Of a stretch of DNA of 64,000 nt, positions 48,828 through 60,970 are shown piece by piece. Each line of letters opens with the position of its first letter. Positions within the stretch are counted from its first letter, which is position 1. A program made the position numbers and the translations under genes. Source of the stretch: Gnetum montanum (lineage: Eukaryota > Plantae > Gnetophyta); assembly GCA_015680685.1 (NCBI GenBank), contig MNCI01002923.1, forward strand, positions 344,669 to 408,668. Direction: 5' to 3'. The notes under the pieces were generated by a model. The model saw only the letters and a list, made by a program, of their open reading frames with translations. It ran no database searches and had not been told where the DNA came from.

Positions 48828-50427
48828 CATAGCCTTGACCCCACATTCACATGAGAGCCCACTAGGAATGGAAGCAGGGTGCCTAGAACGATCTTGTTGA
48901 TCAAACTGGGACTTACGGGTGTTACAATGAAACAAGTGTCAAGAGGATCTACACAGTGTTTGCAGTGTCATGGTGCCCATAAGGGTGAGCCTAGTCAAGG
49001 ATCATGGTGCAAAATGAGGATGCAAATGTGTGAATTTATGTGAGAAAATAGCAAGAAAATGCTAGTATAATGCTAGAATGTAAGTAAAAATGCTAAAAAT
49101 GCATGGAGAATGAGCAAGAGAGAAATTGGCACCACCCTAAACGAGGGGAGCATAGTTAACTACAAAAAGAGTTGAGGTATGTGGTGTACAAACAAGCATA
49201 GTGGGAAAGCATAATCACAATCATAGGATGTCTAGGTTGCAAAACTAACATCCACCGTGGAGTCTAAGCCTGCCAAGTTGGCTATTGTGGTGTCCTGCAA
49301 GCTACGGTGCTCTGCGGGATGCAATGGTGCTATGATGATGTACAACGATGTCTACCAAATGCCAAGTGCACTTGGATGTAATAATGTTAAGAATTCCAAT
49401 GCTTAAATTTACCAACCAAATGCTTCAAATGCCAGCCCCTAAAACATGAAATGTTAGGGTATTTATAAGGCTAGGGTTAGCATGAGTCATGGATTGGGTG
49501 CCACATGGCAGAGGAGTAGCTGGGACTACACTAACCCCTAACTACGCTCCCACTAAAGCAAATGGTGTTTTGCTGGTGTTCTCCAATGGACCCTGTGAGA
49601 CTACCAAACTGTGACTACAAATGCAAATGCCAAACATACCACAACGTACCTGAAAACAATGCAACATAGTAAAGTTTTGAAGACTATGCTCCGAGACTAT
49701 GTTATGCACTCTCTCAAGTGCTGTCGAGTGTAGGTACAATTTAGGGGCAAATAGGAGATGCAAATGGAATGCAAATTCCTAATCTTTCTTGTCGAAGGAA
49801 TGTTGGAGTTGAGATGCAAGCCAATGTTGCATTCCAAAGGCTTCTAAAGGCAGTTTTGACAAACTATGCTAACTACGCTCTAGAGCGTAGTCCAATAATT
49901 AAACAAATTTTTCCAAAGGATGAGGTCCAGTGCAAACTACACTCTAGAGCATAGTCCCAACAGGAATAGTATAGCCCAAACACTTAAAAAAATATAGTAA
50001 AAATTGATGCCCTTATGCAGACTACGTTGACTACGCTCTAGAGCATAGTAGGGAGCATAGCCTTTGAAGTTAGAAAATCTGCCAAACTATTTCTTCCATC
50101 CCAAGCTAGCTTGATAGCCTCTAGCTTGACACTTAGGCAAATTTACAAAACTGACCATTTCAATGCCAACTATGTTGACTATGCTCTAGAGCATAGTCCT
50201 GGTAGGGAGAGCATAGTCAAGACACCTAGAAAATTTTGCAACTACTGTCGACACTTAGAGTAATTTTGCACATCTAGACTATTTGTGTCAACTATGTTGA
50301 CTATGCTCTAGAGCATAGTCCCAATAGCAAAGAGCATAGTCTCAACACTTAGACAAAATTTGCCAAGTTTTGACACTTCGAAAAATCTAGAGTTGAGACT
50401 CAAGATCCCAAATTTAGTGGTATTTCA
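48828..50427 (-). repeat. 3' LTR of element B, terminus truncated and fused to gag of element A
   Basis: rc TGAAATACC start at 50427 with PPT rc TTAGCCCCTCTTT next to it; homology to the 33112 LTR stops ~50 bp short of the end; palindrome array at 49860-50345. Confidence 0.8.
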
Positions 50428-51939
50428 TTAGCCCCTCTTTGTTGACATCTGGAGGAGTGGCTTGAGAGACGTTGACAAAGAACACAAAACACCATAGCAG
50501 GCCTGGCACCAACATCGTTCATCAATACCCAACCAAATGTCACTTCACTATGCTCAAGATTGCTAAGGGTAATGATATGCTGGGGATAAAGGATGTAGGG
50601 AATGTATTATGCAATGAGAAGGGAATGAAATGCAAACAGTATAAAACTACATGATGCAACACCAAGGTAGCTTGTTGCCAAGATAGTGACCCCTTGTCGG
50701 AGTGCTTATCAAAGAGTTAACATCCATGGTGTTAGAATGGCCTACACCCAAAATTATGACCTCTCGTCGAAGTGCTTATGAGAAGGTTGATGCGAATTCA
50801 GGGTTGGACTAGTTGTGAAATTGCAACTTAGCTAATTTTTCCTAGGGACATGTTTTGCCTCATTTTCTTTACTTTTTTTCTTTTTTTGTTGCTTTTTTGT
50901 GGCTGTGATAAACTTTCTTTGGGTTCCACATACTACGAGATGTTAGCTGTAGGATGCTTTTCGTCAAGTGGACTAGGTGCCACCTAATGGGCTTTGCCTT
51001 AATGAAACTATGTTGCATCTGTATGAAAAGTGTTTCCTCCCCAAGATGAGTCACATTACATCCGCTTGGGTTTTGACCAACCCATAGAGGTTCCCCATGG
51101 GATGAGTTGCATTACATCTACTATGGGTTCTATGATTGATATGAAGGGGGTGCTATATGCATTGGAAGGGTTGCAAGCTCAGTGATGTAGGGGAAGGTAG
51201 GGAAATGTAAAGTAAATGGGTAAATGCAAGTAGGTTATAGCTAGGGATGTGCACCCTTGAGTGGCCTGGCTAGTCTAATCATGCACATCAGAGCAATGTG
51301 GTGACTTGCCATTGTGATGAGATATGTCTCTGCATGACTACCTCTGAGGCTTTATCCTACAAACATAACATAGAGAAGACAAGAAAATAACCACACAACA
51401 TGAGATGAGAGTAAACTACTAGTTATGAGGGTTCTGGAGGTGCTACGAGTGCGACACCAAATGCAAGAGCTTAAAGGGCCATTGTAGGAAAACCAATGTA
51501 GGGACCGGTGCAAGAAAGTAGCAAAAGCTTCAATAGCCACACTAGATGCAAGTGCTTGAGAAATGGAAAGAGCCCAATAGAATAGGTAAGATGATGAGGG
51601 TCCTAATTCTTCCACTACTCCAAAGGGTTGTAATGACTATGAGAGCTCTAAGAAATAATGAAATACCCAAGGTCGATAATGCTGCCGATGTGGCCTAGGG
51701 TTGGTAATGCTAGTGATCGTGGCAGGAGCTTCAAAAGGATAGCAAAATTCCCAAGGGAATTTTCAAAGGATCACCAAAATGCTAGGGGATAGTGATGCTA
51801 CAAGTGTTCCAAAGGCCTCCTCTGATGATAGGAAATTCATTCTAGAACTACAGACTTTCCACCCCGCCCATCAAACGTGGGCAAATGACATGGAGTTGGA
51901 AGTATTATCATTTGGTTGTCTATAGAACTATGTGTGTTA

Positions 51940-52450
51940 AACTACAAACCCAATTTAAGGTCTTAGTAGACTGTGGGCCCAATTTAAGGTCCTGAAAAAC
52001 CATGATATCCTAGTTTATAGTCCTAGTAGACTACTGTGTGTCATTTTAACATTGTAGTAGATGGTGGATGTTGTGCCAGTTTAATGTCATGACCTAAGGA
52101 CTATTTGTGCCATTTTTTCATCATGGCATATGTTCTATGCTAGTTTATAATCATAGCAAACTATCTGTGCCATTTTAGCATCATAGTGAATGATAGATGT
52201 GGATGCCAATTTAATGTCTTAGTGGACATGTTGTGCTACTTTATAGTCATAGCAGACTGTCTATGCCAGTTTAACATCATAGCAAATAAATCTATGCTAG
52301 TTTATAGTCATAGCAAACTATATAAGCTAGTTTAGCATCATAGCAAATGATTGTTGTGCCAATTTATAGTCATAGAAGACTAGAGGTTTAGTCACCAATT
52401 TAACATCATAGCAGACAAATGCTGTACCAATTTATAGTCGTAGCAGAATT
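51940..52450. repeat. ~32-bp tandem array downstream of integrase in element B
   Basis: GCCAGTTTATAGTCATAGCA/GCCAATTTAACATCATAGCA units, homologous to 35700-36200. Confidence 0.85.
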
Positions 52451-52487
52451 TTCTTAACTTATTTTTTCATTAATGAGGCACTACATG

Positions 52488-55400
52488 CTATGCATAATAT
52501 GGCTTTAGATATGAGTGGTTCACCATATTAACAAATTTGTTGTCATCGTGGTTAGTGAGCTTGAATCCTCCATTGTCATAGGCCTTGATGAATAAGAAAG
52601 GTCCTTCCCAAATGACCTTGAGAACTAAGCCCTCCTTCTTGATTGGGCATTAATTCTAATTATGATAGTGCTTTTTCCATTACATTTGTTGTTATTGCAA
52701 AATTTGACCAAGTGTTTGCATGTGCTCTTCCTCTATTGAGTTGAGGTCCATGGTTCTCAACTCATCATTTTGAGCCTCATCAATGAAGCTCGAGAGGATT
52801 ACACAAAGCAATGGGACTTGCAATTCAAGAGGCAAGATTGCTTCAAATCCATAAACCAAACTGTATGGCATCTTACCTATTGTAGTTCTTCATGTTATGT
52901 TGTAGGCCTAGAGCATGTAGATCAATTGCTTATGCCATCACCATTTATTGCTACTAAGCATCTTCTTTAAGAGATTGATGATGACCTTGTCTATGGCCTT
53001 CGCTTGGCCATTCACCTATGGGTAGTAGGGAAACAAAAAGAATTATTTGATTCTAAGGCATTCGCAAAAGACTTTGGTCTCAGCACTGCTAAACTGTGGC
53101 CTGTTGTCTGTGACTATGATAATGGTAAACCAAAATGAAACACTATGTTGTCAAGTATGAATTTGCAAACTTGCTACAATGTAATCTTCCTAAGGGGAAT
53201 AGCTTCAACCCACTTCATAAAATACTCAATGGTGATTATGATAAAGCTATGCCCTATAGAAGACATGGGTGTTATTGGTCTTATGATGTCCAAACCCCAA
53301 CATTGGAATGCCACGTGATCTATTTTGTGTGTAGTTTGGTGGGTGGCACATGCATTAAGTTTCAATGCCATTGATATGTGTCACAATTCTTGACCTTGGA
53401 GATGCAATTGCACTCCATGTATGGCCGATAATAGCATAAGCATCTAATTTTTACACACATTGCCCCAAGTGCTATGTGGCCTCCATAGAGTCCCTTGTGG
53501 ACTTGCTCAACGATCATCTATGCTTTGCTGTTGCTAACACATATTAATAGTATGCCATCGTAGGATCTATGGCATAAGGTGCTATCACCCATGATGATGT
53601 ACTACCATAATCGCTTCTGCACTGCATCCTTTTGGGTGGTAGCTATATGCTACAGAGGTTCACCTTGTAGAAGGTACACCTTAATGTCATCATACCACTC
53701 TACTATGTGGGTTGTGCTTACTATGGCTATAGATGTCATGTTGGTTGTTTATGTGACATGCATAGGGCAATTTGCCACCAAGGTGGAAAAGGCATGAAAC
53801 ATTTCAGATGTAATGCATAAGGCTAACGTTGCTAATGCATTAGCTATGACGTTTTCATTTTGGGGAATATGATGAACATCAACAGTTGCAAATTACTTAA
53901 GCAGGTGATTTTCCAAGTCACAATAAGGTTTCAAGTGTTGGGCTTTACAAGCATAAACCTCTATGACTTGGTTGATAACCAATTTTGAATCACCTCGAAC
54001 CACTAGGTTTTGTATCCCTAGGTCACGAGTTGCTAAGATAACCCAAAGGAGACCCTCATACTCTAGCATGTTGTTGGGGCATGGAAATGTGAAGCGATAT
54101 GCTAACGGTCAAATCTCCCTAGAGGGGAATGTGATTACAGTAGTGGCACTACCTCCTTGAGAGGTTGAAGTGCCATCAAAGTGTAAGAGTGCCTCGAAGT
54201 TTTCAAACACTTGGCTTATGCTAGTAACATGCTCATCTGGAAATTTTGGATCTATCATTGCTTAATTTTTGATTGGGGAAGTTGTAAGTTGTGTGGCTAT
54301 TGCTTAACCTTTAGTTGATGCTTGTGCAATGTAATGTAGGTCAAACTCAGTAGTTATTGCTTTCCAACATGCAATGCAACTACTCTTGTAAATATTCATT
54401 GTAATGGCTCAGAGTACATTGCTTTTGTAGATGATGCTAACTTGGCTACAAAAAAGATAATGCCTCCACTTCTTGAGTGCAAAGACCAAGGCAAGACAAT
54501 TCTTTTTCACATCATTGTACTTTGCTTCATAGGTAACTAATGCATGGCTTAGGTAGTATACCAAAACCTCTATACCATCGTCTCACTTTTGGCAAAGCAG
54601 AGAAGTAATGGACATGTCTGAGGTAGCGAGGTAGATGTAAAATAGTTTATCTCCTTGTAGAGGGCAGACCGTTGGAAATTAGGCTAGCTCCTGCTTAAGG
54701 TTGTCAAATGCCTCTTGGCATTGAGCCATCCACTTGAAGTGGACTCCCTTTTTGAGCAAGTGTTGCATGGGCTACAACTTATTAATCAACCATGAGATAA
54801 ACTAGTGTATGAATTGCAATCTGCCTTGTAACCCTTGTACCTCCTTAAGGTTAGCCAGTGGTGCTCAGTTGATGATGGCTTTAACCTTATTGGGATCTAT
54901 GCATATGCCTAGTTTGGATACTATAAAACCTAGCATGTGGTCCATCTTGACGCTGAAGATACATTTCTTAGGATTTAACCTAAGTTCATGCTTTAAACAA
55001 TGTTTGAGCACAAGGCCTAAGTCACCTACATGGTTGTATGATGCTTTAGACTTAACCACTATATCGTCAATGTAATTATTAAGCAAACCTAATAAGTAGT
55101 CACTAAAAATGTACGTCATCGCTTGTTAATAAGTTGCTCCTATGCTCGTAAGCCCAAAGAGCATCATAAGGTAACAAAATGTACCCCAAGGGGTCATGAA
55201 GGTAGTACTGAGCTAGTGTTCTAGGTTACTCCGAATCTAGTTGTACCCCAAGAACCCATCCATGAAGGACAACAAGGCATGGCCAACCATAGTATCAACC
55301 AATTGGTCAATACTAGGAAACAAAAAATCATTTTTGATGGTCACCTTGTTCAGGTCCTAGAAGTCTATACAAATGCGTATACTCCCATTTTTCTTAGGTA

Positions 55401-55938
55401 CAACCATGATGTTGGAGATCCAATCTACATAGTCAATGGCCCAGATGAAACCAGCTTTATAGAGCTTAGTGATTTCATCACCAACTGCCCATGCCACCTT
55501 AGGCCTAACCTTACGAGCTTTTTGCTTAACTAGTTTTATGCTGGGATCGAGGATTATGTTGTATTACACTACATGAGGATCTAGGCCTAGCATGTCTTCA
55601 TAAGACCATGCAAATGCCTTGATGTTTTTTCTAGTACTTTTGCAATGTTTTGGACATCTTGAGGCTCTAGAAAAGAACTAAGTTTCAATGTCTTTTCCTT
55701 GCCACTAGATGCTACTATAAGAACTTCAACAAGAAAAATCCTTGATGACATCACCTGCCTCTAGATCTACAGCCCTAACTAGATGGTTTGGCTAGTCTAG
55801 CAATTCCTCTACAGATGTGATGTATTCGTCGTAGGCTACGGACTCGATGTCTAGGCATTGTGCCTCAATGCATCACATGAGATCATCATGTGGCCCGATT
55901 AGGACTAGCAATGAGTGAAGATGCTTGTACATAGTCAT
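52488..55938 (-). pseudogene. pol of element B: RT, RH, aRH, integrase
   Basis: NNYIDDIVVKS, LNPKKC; aRH LHFDGTS (~54165-54190); INT WGLDII..EYFMKWVEA. Confidence 0.95.
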
Positions 55939-57399
55939 GTTGTAAATCCTATAATAATCCTACAAAAAAAACCAGAAAAATGTCAAGCCACACCTATCTT
56001 AAAGAGAGCAATATCCATAAAATGAAGAAAAACAATCCAATAAATTTTTCCTAAGTGTGAAAATGTAATTTTGAAAGGCAAAGGATGTGTGGGCTGGTTT
56101 TAGGCCTCAATAGGGCATGGGGTTGCCAGTTTAAGGTCTTAGCAAACCATGATATGCACTAAATGCATTATTGGAGCAAGGCTTGGTGCATCACAAAAAT
56201 GAAATTAGCTTGGGTGCTCACTAGGCGACAAGAAAAATTCAAATTTTTTTCTAAGCTCGAAGACAGTTAGAAAAATAAAAAATTCTTCTAACTCTAATGA
56301 CTACACTCCCACCCAACTATGCTTGGCACTATTGAGTGTAGTCTTGGGGTAGGTAAAAAATTCAATGATCCCCAGGGATATAAAAGCACATTTTACCCTT
56401 GGTAAATTTGTCATTGTCAAAGGTGAAAATGTAAACTTTCTAGAGCATAGCATAGTTGCAAGAGCATAGTCGCCAGAATGTCACATTGAAGTGGATGCTA
56501 ACACCCTGATTTGACCAACATGGATGAAAAAGAGCAAGTCCTAGAATGCCTACTGTGGGCATGCATAAAGGAGCAAACGGCACTGTTGTTAGCCAGGTAC
56601 CCTAACTATGCTCTACCTCTTTTTCATTTTGTGGTGTCTTGTCTCCACTTAGGAATTTGGGGCTTGGGTTTTGATGGCCTGCCATGGTAGGGACCACTAC
56701 CACCATAGCCATTGTGATCGTGTGACAAGGAAGGATGTGTACGCAGTGTGAAGGGTTTTACCATTTATGATTTTTTTTTGACATGACAGTTTTTGTTTCC
56801 ATGTGTGTGGGTGGTGGAAGGGAAAATGATGGTTGGGGCGTGGTTGGTGTCAATGGGTAAGTTAGTGACTAGCCTATGGTGCATGGCATAGGGATTTCGC
56901 CCGCATTTTCTACAAAAATTTTGTCTATCTTCTTCTTTGTTTTAGCGTGGTGGCTAGTGAAGTAGGGGCCTGGGGTTTGATGGAGGTGATGGCAATGAGG
57001 GGTCACCACATGTAGGGTCTGAGGGCATGGCAAAGAGAATCTAAAAATTTTCTATTTTTTAGCTACTTCTTTTACCTTATCTTTTGTGTGGGTGGGGCAA
57101 GGCATCAACAACAATCGAGATGGTTGGTCACAGGGCAAGATGCGATGGGGGTAACCCTGCCATTTCTTTTTTATTTAAAAAAAATTTGATGAGTGAAGCG
57201 ATGAGTGACACATGGTAGGGATGTGCATGAGACTGTTAGGTGATTACACCCCATGACATGCCACTGGGCCATAGTCTATTAGGACTATGAACTAGCATAT
57301 CGCGGTCTACTAGGACCTTAAACTAGGTTCGTAGTTTAGCATGCATAGCTCAAATACACACAGTTCTATGGACAAGTGAGCGTGAATACTTCCCATCCA

Positions 57400-60300
57400 T
57401 TCTCAACTACCCACATCCCGATGGGATAAGCAGGGTGGGGCATTGTAGTTCTAGAATAGAGTTCACATTGTCAAGATAAAGCCTTTGGAACATTTGTAGC
57501 ATCATTGCCCTCAGCATTTTGTTGATCCTCCGAAAATGCCCTTGGGCATTTTGCTAACCTTATGGAGCTACCGCCACCATCGCCAGTAGTACCACCCCCA
57601 AGCTATGCCAATAGCATTATAGGCCTTGGGTGTTTCATTAGTGGTTAGGGCTCTCACAGTTAGAACCACCCACTAGAGTCCCAACAATACTATGGCCTAG
57701 CCACAACACTACCATCCTCTAGCACTCACCATTGCCTAGGCTTGAAAGTTCATTCAGTAGCATGGCTTCCTATGATCCTGCTGGATTTCTAAGCTTCTAT
57801 CCTTGGTGTGGAGTCTTGAGCACTTGCATCATCATCACCTTCAACCACCTCACTAGCCTCCCTTAGGTGCTCTCTTCTGGTGTGGCTACTGAAGCATTTG
57901 TAGCCTTCTGGCTCCACCATCTACACTGTCCTTCCTACTTTGGCACTATAAGCTTTTACAACTAGCCCAGCACTTGCAACACTTGTAGCGCCCTCACAAC
58001 CAATAGTTTGCTCTTATCTCTCATGTTGTGTGGTGGTTTTCTTATTTCCTCTACATTATGTTTGTAGGACGAAGCCCCAGAGGTAGTTGTTCAAAGGCAC
58101 ATTAGACACCACATGGCTCTAACACACTTGGTTGGACTCACCAAGCTGATCAAGAGTGCACACCCCTATTATCCTTGCTATAACCCACTTGCATTTGCCC
58201 CTTTACCTTACCTTTCCTACCTTTCTTGCAAGCTTCTCCAATGTGTATGGCACCCTTCTTTCAGTCGACTATGAAACCCATGATGGACATAACGCAACTC
58301 ATCCCATGGGAAGCCTCTTTGGGATGGTCAAAGCCCAAGCGAATGTAACACAACTCATCCTAGGGAGGAAACACTTATTCTATAAATGCGATGTGGTTTC
58401 CTCTCAGCAAAGCCCATCGAGTGGCACATAGTCCACTTGATGATAACCATCTTATAGCTAGCATTTTGTAAAAAAAGGGAGGGTAAAACATATTCCCAAG
58501 AAAAATCTAACAAAGCTGAAATTTCACAATTGATCCAACCCTAAATTCATAACGGCATTCTCATAAGCACTCTGACGAGAGGCCAAAATGTCAGGGGTAA
58601 GCCATTCTAGTGCTATGAGTGAAGGCTCTCTCACAAGCACTCTAATGAGAGGCCATCATTTTAGTGACAAGCCATCCTGGTGCCATGCTAATAGTTAGTC
58701 ATGCTAACTCCACATCTTGCAACATGATACATCGTTTGCATCTCATTCTTCCCTTGCTATCTCCAAGCCAATTCCCTACATCCATTACCTACAGCATACC
58801 ATTCCCTTTAACACTCTTGAGCCTGGTGAAGCATCATCCAATTAGGTATCGACAAGCGATGTTGGTGTTGTGTATGTTGTGGTGTTTTGGATTCTTTGTT
58901 GATGTCTCTTAGGCTACTCCTCTAAACATCAATACAGAGGAGCTAGTGAAACACCACCAAATTCGAGAAACAGCACTACAACGAAAAATTTGTCTAAGTG
59001 TCAACACAAGAAAAAAAATTTCTAAGCGTTTGGCCCATCATCTCACTATTGGGGCTACACTCTAGAGCGTAGCTAGCATAGCATGCAACACAGACCCAAA
59101 TTTGCAAAATTTTCTAAGTGTCAAATAGCAGATGTAGAAATTTTTTGAAGTATCTTACTATGCTCACATTCCTCTTGCTATGCTCTCTAGTGTAGCAAGA
59201 GTAGCAACACTCTAGTGGCCAATCTACATCAATGCTAAGCTAGAAGTTGTCAAGCTATCTCAGCATGGAAGAAGCATTTGGCAAATCTAACTTCTAAAGA
59301 TACCCTTCTTGCTATGCTCTCGAGCGTAGCTAGCGTAGCAAGAATAAGGACAATAATTTTTACTAGATTTTTCTATGTGTTTTTGCTACATTCCATCCCA
59401 TCTTGCTATGCTCTCTAGCGTAGCAACATTGGACTTTAGTTTTTCAAGAATTTCCTGACCGTTGTGCTACGCTCCAGAGCATAGCTAGCGTAGCAACAAG
59501 AAACTGCCTTCAAAAGCTTCCAAAGCTTAGCACAAGCCTTCATTATAGCTCTAGTACTCCTCTAGTAAGCAAGATTAGCAACTTGCACTCTTTTTCTACA
59601 CCCCTCGCCGCCCCACCCCCCNNNNNNNNNNNNNNNNNNNNNNNNNNNNNNNNNNNNNNNNNNNNNNNNNNNNNNNNNNNNNNNNNNNNNNNNNNNNNNN
59701 NNNNNNNNNNNNNNNNNNNNNNNNNNNNNNNNNNNNNNNNNNNNNNNNNNNNNNNNNNNNNNNNNNNNNNNNNNNNNNNNNNNNNNNNNNNNNNNNNNNN
59801 NNNNNNNNNNNNNNNNNNNNNNNNNNNNNNNNNNNNNNNNNNNNNNNNNNNNNNNNNNNNNNNNNNNNNNNNNNNNNNNNNNNNNNNNNNCCTCCCCGCC
59901 GCCCCCGCCCCTCTATGTCCTAAAATTGTACCTACATCCAATCCCACTCGAAAGAGAGGAGAACATAGCCCTAGAGCATAGCCTTCAAATTACATAATTT
60001 TACACTTTTTGCAGGTACATTGCAATCTTGGTGCATACAATCTTAGCAATGTAGCTAGTCTGGTGGTCTCCTAGGATCCAATGGAGCATATCAAAGCATT
60101 GCACCAGCTATTCCAATGGGAGTGTCACAGAGGTCAATGTAGCCCTACCTACCCCTTTCCACATGGCACTCAATTTGCACTTTGCGCAAACCCTAAGCCT
60201 ATAAATACCCCTACATTCCACACCCTAGGGGTTGGCATTTCAATGAAGTAGTGGGCATTTAAAGCATTTGGCTTGCAAATCCAAATAAAAATTAACATCT

Positions 60301-60970
60301 TAGAGCATCACTTGGCACCCAAGGCACCTTGACCACCCCGTACACTAGAGCATATCAGCACCTTAGCAACACATTTGCATCCCACCCAGCACCATAGGAC
60401 ATCACAATATCCAACCCAGTAGACATGGACCTTGTAATAGACATTATTATTTGCCCCAAGACATCCCAAAACCCTGGCTACACTACTACTATGCCTGTCT
60501 ATACATCGCATACCTTCGCAAAGCTCAATTGTAATTACCACACTTCTCATCTGGGGTGGTATCATCATTTCTTTCTCTCAAACTCCATTACATTCTAAGA
60601 ATTTCCTCTATTGCATTTTACATAATTTTTTGACATTTAGTATTGCATTTTCAATTTTTCATTATTTTACACATTTTTTGCACACTTGCACCATTGTTCT
60701 TATGCTAAGAAACCCCACTACACTTAGGCATAGTCAGCCTTAATACTGTCAAAATCTTTGTCAACGCTCACATTTTCAACTAACCATGACACCTCCCAAT
60801 TGTGCCCAATACCTCAGTTGTAGCCAACAAAGTCCCTATTTAATTGTTAAGACCATCTAGGATACTTCACCTCCATTTCCTAGAAAAGGCCCTCATGTGG
60901 AGGTGAGTTTGAGGACATGTGCCTACGAACCCCCTCAACGTTTTAGCCGTCAACGTTTTCTATTTCCACA
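57400..60970 (+). mobile_element. Tat-like element C, 3' UTR + PPT + 3' LTR only, inserted in opposite orientation into element B
   Basis: 57430-58946 is the rc homolog of 50430-51880; PPT ACAGAGGAGCTAG; LTR 58947-60970. Confidence 0.8.
58947..60970 (+). repeat. 3' LTR of element C (contains N gap 59622-59890)
   Basis: TGAAACACCACCAAAT...TATTTCCACA; AAACCCTAAGCCTATAAATA at ~60188-60207; GCTACGCTCTAGAGCGTAGC-type array at 59050-59500. Confidence 0.85.

Noticed and set aside
51400-51880. Possible second antisense ORF in the Tat 3' UTR
   Set aside because: No sustained frame or recognisable motif in this copy or its homolog at 57480-57990
59543-59981. 132-134 aa ORFs
   Set aside because: Consist mostly of N-gap residues
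60188-60195. AAACCCTA telomere-like motif (also ~30059, 33833, 49473)
   Set aside because: Single telo-box next to the LTR TATA box, not a telomeric array
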